From the NCBI GenBank assembly GCA_016839445.1, contig JAEOUG010000066.1:1-37246 (forward strand): 37,246 nt of DNA, given 5' to 3'. This document shows, piece after piece, positions 8,143 to 18,494 of this stretch (position 1 is its first letter; every line of letters begins with the position of its first letter). A model generated the notes under the pieces. That model saw only the letters and a program-made list of their open reading frames with translations, was not told the origin of the DNA and did not search any database. This stretch comes from Candidatus Thorarchaeota archaeon. Its GTDB lineage: Archaea; Asgardarchaeota; Thorarchaeia; Thorarchaeales; Thorarchaeaceae. Made by a program: the position numbers and the translations under genes.

Positions 8143-10425
8143 CTAGGTCACTCCGTCCGTGATCGGTCGATCGGCGCGCAGAAGTCGAACAACGAAGCGT
8201 GCACCCTTGGTGTAATCTCCGTCTACACGGTCTTCAACGTACACCTGTCCGCCGAATGACTCGGTCAGCGTCCTGACAACTGATAGTCCAAGGCCTGTTC
8301 CTTCGGCTCCGGGCATGAACCTATCGAACAGATGCTTCTTCCTCTCTGGCGATATGCCTTGACCGTGGTCGTCAACATGCACTTCCCAGTAATCATCTCC
8401 TTCAACAGAAGTCTGAAACAGGTTCACAGCGATTCTCTTACCATTGGCGGAGTACTTGAGTGAGTTCCTGAACAAGTTGACAAAGACTTCCTCGAGGAGA
8501 CGGTGAGCCAAGACGTACGCCTCCCCAGGCTCATGACTGATCGAGAAGGAGACACCTCCTCTTTCGACAACTGGACTTGCAGAGTCATATGCGCTCAGAA
8601 CGCACTGAACTAGGTCTATGGACATAAGAGACCTCCTACCAAGAGAGTGCGACAGTGCAAGCTGTCTAACATTCCGGATTACCTGGTCCGCACGACGGAG
8701 CTCATCTCGAGCCTCTCTGACAACTTTGTCCTTCAGGTCATTCCGCAAGCCTCCTACTTTCAAGAGATCCAGTGATAGCAGAATGGCCTGATGATGGTTT
8801 GAGACGTCATGTACCAGTAGATCAGAGAAGACTCTTGCGCGAAGGTGTTCCGATTCAGCCCTGTTGAACTCCTGGAGATAGAGAACACCGAGGACACATG
8901 GCCCTAAAACAAGCGCCACGAGCAGGAAGAACTCAGCAGTCCACCATCCAGCTGTCCAGTCCAGATAGTTCGCTTTCAGAGATCCAGACACAATCCAGAG
9001 AGAGAGGAATCCTACCATGATCAGTTCAGGAGTCAGGTTTCCGACATCGCGACGAAGCATATAGGTCATAACATATGCGAATACGAACATGACTAAGAGA
9101 TTGACGACGAGAAGCACTGAACGGCCAGAGGGGCTGTTGACAAGAACTTCAAACTGATTCATGATGACCTGCTCAAGACGCAACCCGATTAGCACCAGAG
9201 ATGATTGGAGTAGCAGGCCCATGAGCATCCACTCACGTGGGAGGATTCTGGCAGCCCACCCAGAGACTCCCTCCCTCCACCTAACCACTAGAACAAGCGA
9301 AGCCAATGAAACGAGGCCCCCCAATATGTAGGGTACAACAGACTCCCCCGTGTAGGGAGCGGGAACGAAGGCCATAGCAACCTGGGACACCTCAACGATG
9401 ACCCACGAAGAGTAGAGAAGCACTACTGGATACAAGTATCCGCGGCCCCTCATCCTAGCGTATGCATAGGTCAGGAACATGATGAATCCCGAGAGAGAAG
9501 CGGCGCCAATATGCGTAATCAAGTAGGCGTCTTTGTCTACTGCATAGAATCCCGGAAGAATCGCTTCAACAGAGAGAGTCACGAGAAAGGGTATCAAAAA
9601 GATAACAGCAATCAGCGACGCGCGAACTGTGGCGTAGTGCACAAGAATGCCAGCTTCTTTGAGATACGGTACTGACAGTGACAGAAACACCGAAACTAAA
9701 GCAACTGACTGAAGTGTGAGAGACAACGTCCAGATCAGAGACCCCGTTGCCAAGGATGTCAGTATAGGCACGACAGAGATTAGGAGCAGCAAGAGCGATA
9801 CTGACAGAGCCACAGGATCATGCAACCTCGAAGAAGACGGAACCACCATCGATCGCCAAGCACAGCCAAGAAGGATGGCGACGGTGGCAATAGACAATGT
9901 AGTGCCAATCGGAAGCAGAACAGCGCCGGATAGGTTCTGCACTGCGACACCGATTACTGAGATTACCACTGATGCTAGGAGTCCCATCACTAGGGATGCA
10001 ATGAGCAATGAGTTTCTTCCACGTCTAGCAAGAGCTCGCTTCTGCAGCACGAAGTAGCTCATTAGGAGCACACTTGTGAGATGCAGCTCTAGGAGATCCA
10101 GAAAGAGACGAGGCGCACTCCTAACAAGGACAGATTCAGGATGGAACAGCCCTTGAAGCGCATAGCCGAAATGCGCAGTAAGAGTGAAGACAAGGAATGA
10201 GAGAAATGGCACGACCAGGTTGGCTTTGGTCTGCCTGCTCACAAGGAAGCAAAGAGCAATGCAGGTGACGGTGATGAAGGAAATGAGCGACTCAAATGCC
10301 ACACCCGTATGGTACGTGTTCCATGACGGAAGCCCGACGAGAAACCAACCGACACTAGCCAGAACTGCAACTGAGGTATGCGTCGCAACCCGGGCTATTG
10401 TGAGCGCTTCTTTCTCTTGAGGCAT
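8143..10425 (-). CDS. Polytopic membrane sensor histidine kinase
   Basis: About 16 hydrophobic segments, then H-box HDVSNHHQ, N-box NLFRNSLKY, DDHGQGI, FDRF and GTGLGL. Confidence 0.9.
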   Translation of the reverse strand: MPQEKEALTIARVATHTSVAVLASVGWFLVGLPSWNTYHTGVAFESLISFITVTCIALCFLVSRQTKANLVVPFLSFLVFTLTAHFGYALQGLFHPESVLVRSAPRLFLDLLELHLTSVLLMSYFVLQKRALARRGRNSLLIASLVMGLLASVVISVIGVAVQNLSGAVLLPIGTTLSIATVAILLGCAWRSMVVPSSSRLHDPVALSVSLLLLLISVVPILTSLATGSLIWTLSLTLQSVALVSVFLSLSVPYLKEAGILVHYATVRASLIAVIFLIPFLVTLSVEAILPGFYAVDKDAYLITHIGAASLSGFIMFLTYAYARMRGRGYLYPVVLLYSSWVIVEVSQVAMAFVPAPYTGESVVPYILGGLVSLASLVLVVRWREGVSGWAARILPREWMLMGLLLQSSLVLIGLRLEQVIMNQFEVLVNSPSGRSVLLVVNLLVMFVFAYVMTYMLRRDVGNLTPELIMVGFLSLWIVSGSLKANYLDWTAGWWTAEFFLLVALVLGPCVLGVLYLQEFNRAESEHLRARVFSDLLVHDVSNHHQAILLSLDLLKVGGLRNDLKDKVVREARDELRRADQVIRNVRQLALSHSLGRRSLMSIDLVQCVLSAYDSASPVVERGGVSFSISHEPGEAYVLAHRLLEEVFVNLFRNSLKYSANGKRIAVNLFQTSVEGDDYWEVHVDDHGQGISPERKKHLFDRFMPGAEGTGLGLSVVRTLTESFGGQVYVEDRVDGDYTKGARFVVRLLRADRPITDGVT

Positions 10426-10587
10426 TGACAGCTCACGAACCGAGCATTCTTTGGCTGACTAAAACCTTTGCTGGGATAGACACCACTGGGAGGTTCACTC
10501 CAAAAACATGCTTAAGCGGATTGATGGCATTCTGATGCAATCTCAGCTCGACCCACACGCACGAATCCAGAAGCGAGGAACATCAAC

Positions 10588-12813
10588 TTGTCAAAGAATC
10601 CAGCGATTCGCAATCCATCAGTCACCAGCATTCGCTCTCAAGAAGAACTCCTGAGGTACTCAGCTTTTCTCGAATCAATCCACGACGCGTTTGGAGTTGT
10701 AAATGAGGAGAACAGACTTACCTTTGTGAACGAACGCTTCGCGATGCTGCTCGGATACAGTGTGGACGAGATGATCGGAAAACCCACTTCCAAGTTCCTC
10801 GACGCTGAGAACCGAGAGATGCAGAAACGAGCACTCGAACTAAGATCTGCAGGAGTGTCGTCTCAATATGAGCTGAGCTGGACCACGAAACAAGGACCAA
10901 AGGTACACACCATCGTATCAGGAGTCCCAATACTCGATGAGGATGGCAGACACAGGGGCTCCTTCGCAGTGATCACTGACATCTCAGACCGAATAGATGC
11001 CGAGGAGAAATACAGGTCGCTTGCAGAGAAATCGATTCAGGGCCTATCAATCATTCAGGATGAGAAGTATCAGTACGTGAATCCTGCGTTCGCGGATATT
11101 GTCGGATACTCGGCCGAAGAGATTCTAAGCATGCCTTCTGACCAGGGCTGGAGTTTAGTCCATCCAGAGGACAGGAAGTATCTGCTACGATTGGCTGAAG
11201 ATCGTAGAGCAGGTCGCGCAATTCCCCTTCCGTACGAGTACAGATTCATCAGGAAAGACGGCTCGACGCGTTGGGTTCAAGCATACTCAAGTGAAATCAC
11301 CTACAGAGGCCGTCGCGCCATTCAGATACTCAACATAGACATCACTGACATGAAGATAGCTGAAACCCGGCTGCGGGCATCACAGGAGATGCTTGGGACA
11401 GTGATGAACACAATCCCGCAGCACATCTACTGGAAGGACACGAACTCAGTCTACCTCGGATGCAACGAGAACTTCGCCGTGGCGGCGGGCGTTGAATCTC
11501 CAGACGATATCATTGGCCTCACTGATGAAGGCCTGGCATGGAGGGAAGAAGAACGAGCACGGCTTAGGAGCATAGACCAGGATGTCATCAGGAGCGGCGC
11601 TCCGCAGACATCTGTTGTTATGACTCAGCTACGAGCGGACGGAAAGGATTCATGGATAGAGCTGAGTGTTGTGCCACTTCATGATGAAGATGGAAGAGTC
11701 ATCGGAGTTCTTGGAACGTACGAGGACATCACGGAGAAGCGAGAAGCACAGGACAGGCTCAAGAGATCAGAGACGAAGTTCCGGAGTCTTGCTGAGCAAT
11801 CTGTGCAAAGCATCACGATTCTGAATACTGAGAGACTACTCTATCACAACCCTGCCTTTTTGGAGCTAGTCGGATACACGGACCAAGAACTGGAGGGAAT
11901 GTCTGCCGAGGATGTCTGGGACCTTGTGCATCCTGATGACAGAGAAGATGTACAGAAGCGAATGGCGGATAGACTTGCGGGCCGGCCCATACCTCCGCAG
12001 TACGAGTACAGATTCGTGAGGAAGGATGGCGTCGTGAGGTGGGTGGAGAGCTTCTCGACTCGCATAGACTACGAAGGCAGTCCTGCAGTTCAGACCCTTT
12101 TCGTCGACGTCACCGACCGCACGGAGGCGGAGAGAGAACTGGGCATTGCGAAAGACAGGGCTCTGCTCTATCTCGACATTATGGGCCACGACCTAGCACA
12201 GCAGCTCCAAGTAATTCTGAACTCAGCTGCTTTGCTAAGAACGGCCACTGAAGATTCGCAGAAGGACTCGTTTCTTAGAATCATCGGGGATGCTGTCCGG
12301 AGGTGCTCTAGGATGATTGAAGAGGCCAAGAGCACTGAGCAGCTTCTCTCGGTACCCCTGCAAAGAAGATCACTTGGAGCCGCAGTAGGTCTGTGTGTAG
12401 AAGCACTCTCAAACAGGACCGAAGATGTGAACTTCGAGATGAAGATCAAAGTTGTCGACTCAGATGTCTTTGCGGACGAGTATCTCGAACTCCTTCTGAC
12501 GCAGATAATCATCAACGCTATAGAACACAATCCCAATGCCAACAAGAGAGTCTGGGTTGAGCTGTCTGAAACTGCAGGGGGATATGTTGTGTCAGTGGCT
12601 GATAACGGACCAGGAATCCCCGACTCACTGAAGGCGAGTCTGTTTGACATGTCTCGCCGCTTCGGAGGTCTCGGGCTGCACACAGTGAGCCAGATTGTGG
12701 AGAAGTATCGAGGCAAGGTCGAGATAAGAGATCGAGTTTCAGGCGACTCAGCCAAAGGGGCCGACTTCAGGGTCTTCCTGCCTAGGCCATCAATACAGAG
12801 AGATGTTGACTAG
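10588..12813 (+). CDS. Cytoplasmic histidine kinase with four PAS/PAC domains
   Basis: Four PAS modules ending DISDR, DITDM, DITEK, DVTDR; H-box HDLAQQLQ; NAIEHN, DNGPGI, GGLGL; TTG start. Confidence 0.92.
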   Translation: MSKNPAIRNPSVTSIRSQEELLRYSAFLESIHDAFGVVNEENRLTFVNERFAMLLGYSVDEMIGKPTSKFLDAENREMQKRALELRSAGVSSQYELSWTTKQGPKVHTIVSGVPILDEDGRHRGSFAVITDISDRIDAEEKYRSLAEKSIQGLSIIQDEKYQYVNPAFADIVGYSAEEILSMPSDQGWSLVHPEDRKYLLRLAEDRRAGRAIPLPYEYRFIRKDGSTRWVQAYSSEITYRGRRAIQILNIDITDMKIAETRLRASQEMLGTVMNTIPQHIYWKDTNSVYLGCNENFAVAAGVESPDDIIGLTDEGLAWREEERARLRSIDQDVIRSGAPQTSVVMTQLRADGKDSWIELSVVPLHDEDGRVIGVLGTYEDITEKREAQDRLKRSETKFRSLAEQSVQSITILNTERLLYHNPAFLELVGYTDQELEGMSAEDVWDLVHPDDREDVQKRMADRLAGRPIPPQYEYRFVRKDGVVRWVESFSTRIDYEGSPAVQTLFVDVTDRTEAERELGIAKDRALLYLDIMGHDLAQQLQVILNSAALLRTATEDSQKDSFLRIIGDAVRRCSRMIEEAKSTEQLLSVPLQRRSLGAAVGLCVEALSNRTEDVNFEMKIKVVDSDVFADEYLELLLTQIIINAIEHNPNANKRVWVELSETAGGYVVSVADNGPGIPDSLKASLFDMSRRFGGLGLHTVSQIVEKYRGKVEIRDRVSGDSAKGADFRVFLPRPSIQRDVD

Positions 12814-12818
12814 CGGGA

Positions 12819-13667
12819 CTATTCCAGGACTAGGACTTCCTCATCACACGTTGCGCCAAGAGCAATCTCTGCGGCATGACGAATCTGCGGGACATCCCAT
12901 GCATCCCCAGATAGCCGGTTATCCCCGTTACAGCACTGGATAGTACGAACTCCTTCAACATCAATGGACACCATGTCACCGCTGGCAAGTATGACTCCAG
13001 GAGACGAACACGTCCCGGTAGCAGGGCCCCCTTCGATGAAGCACGTTCTCGCATCCATAACTATCAGGTCTGGACTGAAATACGACGCCAGTTCCGGTAT
13101 TTTCTCACGCAGCTTCCGTGCATGCATCCTGATTCTCTCACGATGACGAATCCATCCGACAAAGAGCTTCATGCTGCCAGTGAAGTCTGCAAGAAAGTGA
13201 GTCTTGAGACAAGGGGCCAAGACTAGCTTCTGAATGTCAAGCAAAGGTCGACCTATTGACCCACTCTTTAGATACCTGCCCTTAGGAAAGTCGACTCTGA
13301 CCCAATCGTGTTCATCAAGGAAGATTAGATCTGCACCAAGCTCAACGGCCACTTGTGCTAGGCCTGTCTTTTCGGCGACTTCGCGAGCCTTCAGTCTGAG
13401 TGTAGAACTCTCAATGATCCTGAGCCTTGATGCGCCGTGTTCAAGAAGCAGCTCTCCAAGCGCCTTGATGAAAGCCGGGTCAGATGATGCGGGATAAGGG
13501 TCAGCCGTGTTCAGGTTTGGCTTGATGGTCACAACATCGTCCTGATTGATTGACCGTTCGAAGCCGCCTATGAGATCAACTGCCCTCTTGATGGATTCCT
13601 TGAGGTCTCCTGAATCTCCAGCCTTCCCGACGAGGAACTTCCCGTCGCGCACGTAGTTGTTGGTCAT
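12819..13667 (-). CDS. DUF362 domain protein
   Basis: VTIKPNL, LKTH...FTGSMK-x-FVG, PDLIVMDA...GGP, GVILASGDMVSID motifs. Confidence 0.85.
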   Translation of the reverse strand: MTNNYVRDGKFLVGKAGDSGDLKESIKRAVDLIGGFERSINQDDVVTIKPNLNTADPYPASSDPAFIKALGELLLEHGASRLRIIESSTLRLKAREVAEKTGLAQVAVELGADLIFLDEHDWVRVDFPKGRYLKSGSIGRPLLDIQKLVLAPCLKTHFLADFTGSMKLFVGWIRHRERIRMHARKLREKIPELASYFSPDLIVMDARTCFIEGGPATGTCSSPGVILASGDMVSIDVEGVRTIQCCNGDNRLSGDAWDVPQIRHAAEIALGATCDEEVLVLE

Positions 13668-13731
13668 CGCACTGAATCACTCAGACTCTAGAGTCAAATA
13701 GATTTGGTTTGCGCAGTCACTTGTTATTCCG

Positions 13732-14325
13732 CTATCGCTTCCGTGGGAAGAATCCTACCCGTTTTCTGTACTCCTCGTATGCCTGGCCGTATCGTATCAG
13801 AAGATCCCGTTCCTCGAAGACGCACATTATGTAGAATATCGGAATCCACACGAACGAGTAGAGAAGCAGGAAGGGGGAGTTGAGTACTAGTGCTATGGGG
13901 AACCAAAGAAGAAACTCCCCAAGTGCCTGTGGATGCCGCATCCTCTCGTAGATGCCTCCGTACATCGTGTGTTCTTTCTTCGGTTCAAGCGTTTCCCTGC
14001 CAGCATCTCTCACACCTATGTACATCAGATACGTTGAGGGAGCGGCTATGACTAGAGCAATGGCGATTGAGAGGAGCCAAGACCAGGGTAGGACCAACGG
14101 GAATCCGATCGGAAGTGGGTAGAGCCAGTAGATGACATAGCTCAGAACAGTGACTCCCTCGAGGACCCCTGAAGCAATCCTGTAGTGCATACAACGACGA
14201 AATGCTTTCTCTCCAAGCCGGCGCTCCAACCTGGCTGGACTGACGCTCATTACGTAGAAGAAGAGGAAGAACACCGAAGAGAGCACAAGGACTGCTAGGT
14301 TGAGCCACGCGATCAACTGAACCAT
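13732..14325 (-). CDS. Isoprenylcysteine carboxyl methyltransferase / PEMT family membrane methyltransferase
   Basis: GGIYERMRHPQALG and EERDLLIRYGQAYEEYRKRVGFFP motifs; several TM segments. Confidence 0.85.
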   Translation of the reverse strand: MVQLIAWLNLAVLVLSSVFFLFFYVMSVSPARLERRLGEKAFRRCMHYRIASGVLEGVTVLSYVIYWLYPLPIGFPLVLPWSWLLSIAIALVIAAPSTYLMYIGVRDAGRETLEPKKEHTMYGGIYERMRHPQALGEFLLWFPIALVLNSPFLLLYSFVWIPIFYIMCVFEERDLLIRYGQAYEEYRKRVGFFPRKR

Positions 14326-14422
14326 CTCTATGCCCAGACATGCAGCCCGATATAAGGGGAGCTACTGCGCCCGCAGAACCAAGAACCTCTCTATATCGTC
14401 AATCCACTGAGATAGTGATGGA

Positions 14423-15358
14423 CTACAGCCCCAGAATGAGGAGCCAAGAAATGGCGGCATCACCGAGGATCACGAGAAGCACACCTAGAGTGGTTAGAAT
14501 GATTCCAACACCTGCGACAGGCGTCAGCTTCTCTTTGAGGAATATGATTGATACAGGTACGGCGAAGAGCGGGGCGGTTGATGAGAGAACGGACATGATG
14601 GCTGCACCGACTGAAGCTACTGCAATTACATAGAGAACCGAACCAATGGCCATCCCGAAGAATCCCGCCACGATGACGTACTTGGTGGCACGTTTGGATG
14701 GGGTCCGCATACCCTGATATCGAGCAACGGCAAGCATTGGGATGAATGATAAGGAGCCAACGGTCACACGAATGAAGCTCCCGCCGATGGGGTCAACTCC
14801 CTCGATTCCCACCTGCAGCAGGACAGTGCCCGTTGCGTAGAGAATAGCCGTCATCACAGCAAGTCCAATCCCGAGTCTGTCGTAGTGTGTCACTGTGCCA
14901 TCGCCATCAGACCTGTTCTGCTGGTTGGAGATCGCGATAACGCCGACTACAGCTATGATGGCCCCAATTAGCCTTGTCAACACAATGGGCTCAAGCAGAA
15001 TGAATGTCGTCATGAAGTAGGTGATGATTGGGAACGACATGGCAATAGGAAACGCATAGGACACTCCAATGCGTTCTTGAGATGCAAGATAGAGAGTGTC
15101 ACCGATTACCGCGCCAAGAATCACAGACAATCCCAGCACAACCACTCCAGCAAAGGGGACGACGAGGGTATCAAGGCCCACCGTCATGAGAACGAGGATT
15201 CCAATGAACGGCCAAGCCACGAACATCTTGATGGCGCTGACTGCCACGGGCCGAATCTCATTCGCCTGTGATCTGTAGACAACTACAGAGAGCCCGTACA
15301 ACGCAGCTCCCAGAAGGCCAATCAGACTGCCAACGATGATCTCTGGAGTGGCTTGCAT
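14423..15358 (-). CDS. DMT/EamA family transporter
   Basis: Two ~5-TM EamA repeats (GDTLYL...FPII...LLEPI; SVLYV...APLFAV...FLKEKL). ATG 15358 is preferred over the ORF-track GTG, which lies inside a hairpin. Confidence 0.88.
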   Translation of the reverse strand: MQATPEIIVGSLIGLLGAALYGLSVVVYRSQANEIRPVAVSAIKMFVAWPFIGILVLMTVGLDTLVVPFAGVVVLGLSVILGAVIGDTLYLASQERIGVSYAFPIAMSFPIITYFMTTFILLEPIVLTRLIGAIIAVVGVIAISNQQNRSDGDGTVTHYDRLGIGLAVMTAILYATGTVLLQVGIEGVDPIGGSFIRVTVGSLSFIPMLAVARYQGMRTPSKRATKYVIVAGFFGMAIGSVLYVIAVASVGAAIMSVLSSTAPLFAVPVSIIFLKEKLTPVAGVGIILTTLGVLLVILGDAAISWLLILGL

Positions 15359-15419
15359 GCTGTCTGCGATGACTGACGTCCCTAAGATAGTATCGCTAGG
15401 GCATGACTCCTCGGCACGA

Positions 15420-15454
15420 GAAAAATCGGGAGGAAGGGTGGCGGAAGCCACCCT
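15420..15454 (-). terminator. Hairpin plus U-tract after the large surface-protein gene
   Basis: AGGGTGGC-TTCC-GCCACCCT 8-bp stem on the minus strand, followed by ...GATTTTTTC, about 10 nt after the stop at 15465. Confidence 0.55.
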
Positions 15455-15464
15455 CCTCAGTGGA

Positions 15465-18389
15465 TCATTTCGGCTTCATTCGTGGAATGACTACGAAGAC
15501 GACAAGTAGGATTCCAGCAACTGCAACGACTCCCACAATGGCCAACCCCAACAAGGGATTTCCACCGCCGGCAGTTGTCGAACCAGAAGTGGACGTCGTT
15601 CCAGTGGTTGACGTTGTGGATGTCGTTACCTCCTCACTCACGGTGACAAGCACCGTGTCTGATGCCCAGTTGCCCGCATCGTCGAAGACTACGAGAGTAA
15701 GGTTGTAGCCACCCACCAAGTAGCCATCTAGGGAAACGACAATGAAGTAAGACTCAGCAGACCAGCTACCCGACACGTCCTCACTCCCATTTGTGTAAAC
15801 GGAGAAGTTGTGTGGGCGAAAGTCGCTGATGCTCCAGTTGACCGCAAGACCCGCTTCACCTTCAGTCATCACGATATCATCAGGAGAACTGACAACTGGG
15901 TCAGTGTTGTCGACCACTGTGATGTAGTGAATCTTGGTGACGGAGTTGCCAGCATTGTCGTAGGCGGTCACTTCGATGAAGTGAGGACCCAAGGGCTCAT
16001 CATCAAGATTCCAGTTCTGAGAATACGGTGAAGTGTAGTCGTTGATGGCGCTGACACCGTCAGGATTGAATCTCACATAGGCAATATCAGATCCCAGGTC
16101 TTCTGCAGTCGCAGTAATCACCAGGAGACCCTCGAGCTCGGTGTTGTTTACGGGGTTCGTTATGGTCAGCGTCGGGTCAACGTCATCGCCAACAGTGTAG
16201 GTGTAAAAGAGACCCCCGTTGTCGTCAATTGTCAGGAGGCCACCGCCGTCTGTGGCTACTACGTAGAATTCGACATCCGTGTCGTAGGGTAACGCAGGGA
16301 TGAAGGCATCAAACCAGTCACCAGTATCATGGGATGCGCTCACTGTGCTCCAAGATGACCAGCCATCGGTTGTGTAGTTGACCACTATCGATGACAGCCC
16401 GGGTCTGGCATCCGTTGCCTCCACGGACACCTGCGTCAGCTCATAGTAGACGGGGTCGACAGACTGATCCACGGTGGCTATGATGGGAGCCTCAGCATCG
16501 GCGAAGTTGATGTCATCGAAGAGACAGGATACCGTCAGACCTGGCGCTGCGGTTGCGTATAGCAGGATCCCTGTGAGTGCGAAATCCGCGGAAGACATGC
16601 TAAAGGCAGCCTCGAAGTCAGCAGTGAGATTCCTGGCAAGATTCGTCCATGCGCCTGTCTGGTTGAAGCCTTCAGCCAGGAGGTTCCGGTAGTAGGTTGT
16701 GTTCGGTGGATTCCATGTCCCCGACTTGCCCAGGAAGTATCTGATGTGGTAGAAGTTCAACGAGTTGAAGAATTCAAGTTCGATGAAGACGCCTGCTCCG
16801 CTGCCTGAGTCCATACGGTCCAGGCGCCACCAGAAGTCTGTTCTCAGTTTGCCGTCGAAGCCGGCGTAGATGCCACTTCTGTAGACGCCGTCCTCCTGAT
16901 CATTAGTGACTGTCAGATTGCATGCAATGCTGCCGCTGTGAGAATCTGGAGTTTCTGTGACAGCACCAGATGCCCCAACATACCGTGGCCAGCCCAAGAA
17001 CGGTTCAGGGTCACCAGCGAGATTGTCGTGTTCGAATGTTGGATCGCCGGCAGGATAGGTAATCATCTCGAAGTTATCTACAAGAAGCTCATTGGTTGCC
17101 CCAGGCGCGTTCTGGTAGACATAGAGACTGATTCCTTCCAAGCCCACATTCACAAGACCAAGTTGACTTGTTATAGTGTACAGATCAAGTGACGAGTGTT
17201 GCCAAGTATCTCGAATGTTATACCCTGGCATCTTCATGTAGTAATTGCCGGTTGAGTTGCTTGACATGAATCCGGAGCCGAAGTAGAGGTGAACCTGGTA
17301 TGTACTCCCATTGCCGAAGGTGAAGCGAAGATACGCATATTGAGAGACTCCAAGTCCGATTTCATCGCTATACTTCCAGTCAACCTCTACGGTCGTCATT
17401 CCAGAATAGAGTGCATAGTACTCATTCGTGGTTGAGAAATACCTGTATGTCCTGGCATATCCGCTGCCAGTTCCAGTATTAGGCACAGTGATGTTTACTG
17501 AGTGCGATCCCAGTATGCTCTCTGTACTGTGCTCCACGTATCCAAGGGGCTGCTGAGAAATGTACCATGGGCTTCCAAGTCCAGACTCGAAATCGCCATT
17601 CTGCAGATATCCGGTGTAGGTGCTGTTGTAGAGCACTACATCATCAAGGACAGCTTCTGCCATTCCAGTTGCGCCGCCAGGAGAGGTGACGTAGAGGTAG
17701 AAGTGCGAAACATAGTGAGAGCTTGTGAGAGCTCCTAAGCCAAATTCATCTATGAAATCCTCAGTTATGTTCCGGTCGAAACTATTCCACTGGTTGATTG
17801 TGTCGTTCAAATCGATTCGTGCCCAATTACCACTGGATGTGTGTGTCCCTGATGAACACAGATAGTACAGGAAATAGTAGTCAGATCCTAGCCCGTTCTG
17901 CGTTATTACATAGGCATAGACGTTGGAGCCAATCTGAAGATCTGGCAGTGAAATAGCATTCCAGTTGAAGCTCAGTGACACGCCTTTCTCGAGCATTGGC
18001 CTATTGGATGGTGATGGATAATTGTAGAGATAAGCGCTCCCGGATGCCAGTGGTCCGCCACGAGCCTCAGCAAGACCGCTGTAGACTCCGTTTGCCACAA
18101 CGTCCGTATGTGCAGTGTCACCGCCCGTATAGCCACTTGTCTGTCCATACCAGGACTTCGGAGAGAAGGTCGCGGAGTCCCACTCCTCGAAACTCGGGTT
18201 CTGAATGACATTCAACCTGAGTGGCTCTTCAGGGACCAGACCTTCAGCGGGAGTCACCAATTCCTGTGGAGTTGCTTGTCCCACTAGGTCTTCGTCATTG
18301 AGTAACATGGACGGATTGTCCATCTGGCCCACAAGACCAACAACCATTACTAGCAGCAACACTGCTGCCAAGGCGTGCTTCCTCATCAT
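15465..18389 (-). CDS. Large membrane-anchored cell-surface protein: 3 CBM-like repeats, Ig-like domains, Thr/Ser linker, C-terminal TM
   Basis: Signal-like N-terminus MMRKHALAAVLLLV; repeats starting NPSFE/NGDFE/DPTFE and ending DDV/DNF/DDI; DxAGN Ig-like motifs; TTSTTSTTGTTSTSG linker; TM followed by PRMKPK. Confidence 0.85.
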   Translation of the reverse strand: MMRKHALAAVLLLVMVVGLVGQMDNPSMLLNDEDLVGQATPQELVTPAEGLVPEEPLRLNVIQNPSFEEWDSATFSPKSWYGQTSGYTGGDTAHTDVVANGVYSGLAEARGGPLASGSAYLYNYPSPSNRPMLEKGVSLSFNWNAISLPDLQIGSNVYAYVITQNGLGSDYYFLYYLCSSGTHTSSGNWARIDLNDTINQWNSFDRNITEDFIDEFGLGALTSSHYVSHFYLYVTSPGGATGMAEAVLDDVVLYNSTYTGYLQNGDFESGLGSPWYISQQPLGYVEHSTESILGSHSVNITVPNTGTGSGYARTYRYFSTTNEYYALYSGMTTVEVDWKYSDEIGLGVSQYAYLRFTFGNGSTYQVHLYFGSGFMSSNSTGNYYMKMPGYNIRDTWQHSSLDLYTITSQLGLVNVGLEGISLYVYQNAPGATNELLVDNFEMITYPAGDPTFEHDNLAGDPEPFLGWPRYVGASGAVTETPDSHSGSIACNLTVTNDQEDGVYRSGIYAGFDGKLRTDFWWRLDRMDSGSGAGVFIELEFFNSLNFYHIRYFLGKSGTWNPPNTTYYRNLLAEGFNQTGAWTNLARNLTADFEAAFSMSSADFALTGILLYATAAPGLTVSCLFDDINFADAEAPIIATVDQSVDPVYYELTQVSVEATDARPGLSSIVVNYTTDGWSSWSTVSASHDTGDWFDAFIPALPYDTDVEFYVVATDGGGLLTIDDNGGLFYTYTVGDDVDPTLTITNPVNNTELEGLLVITATAEDLGSDIAYVRFNPDGVSAINDYTSPYSQNWNLDDEPLGPHFIEVTAYDNAGNSVTKIHYITVVDNTDPVVSSPDDIVMTEGEAGLAVNWSISDFRPHNFSVYTNGSEDVSGSWSAESYFIVVSLDGYLVGGYNLTLVVFDDAGNWASDTVLVTVSEEVTTSTTSTTGTTSTSGSTTAGGGNPLLGLAIVGVVAVAGILLVVFVVIPRMKPK

Positions 18390-18494
18390 CTTGCTCGTTT
18401 CTCCTAGGCTGCATCTGGTGCAGCACAACGGCATGCCGTGTTTTGTGTTATTAGTTCTCGCATTCTGAAAATGGACAAGAAAGGATTAGCAGGA

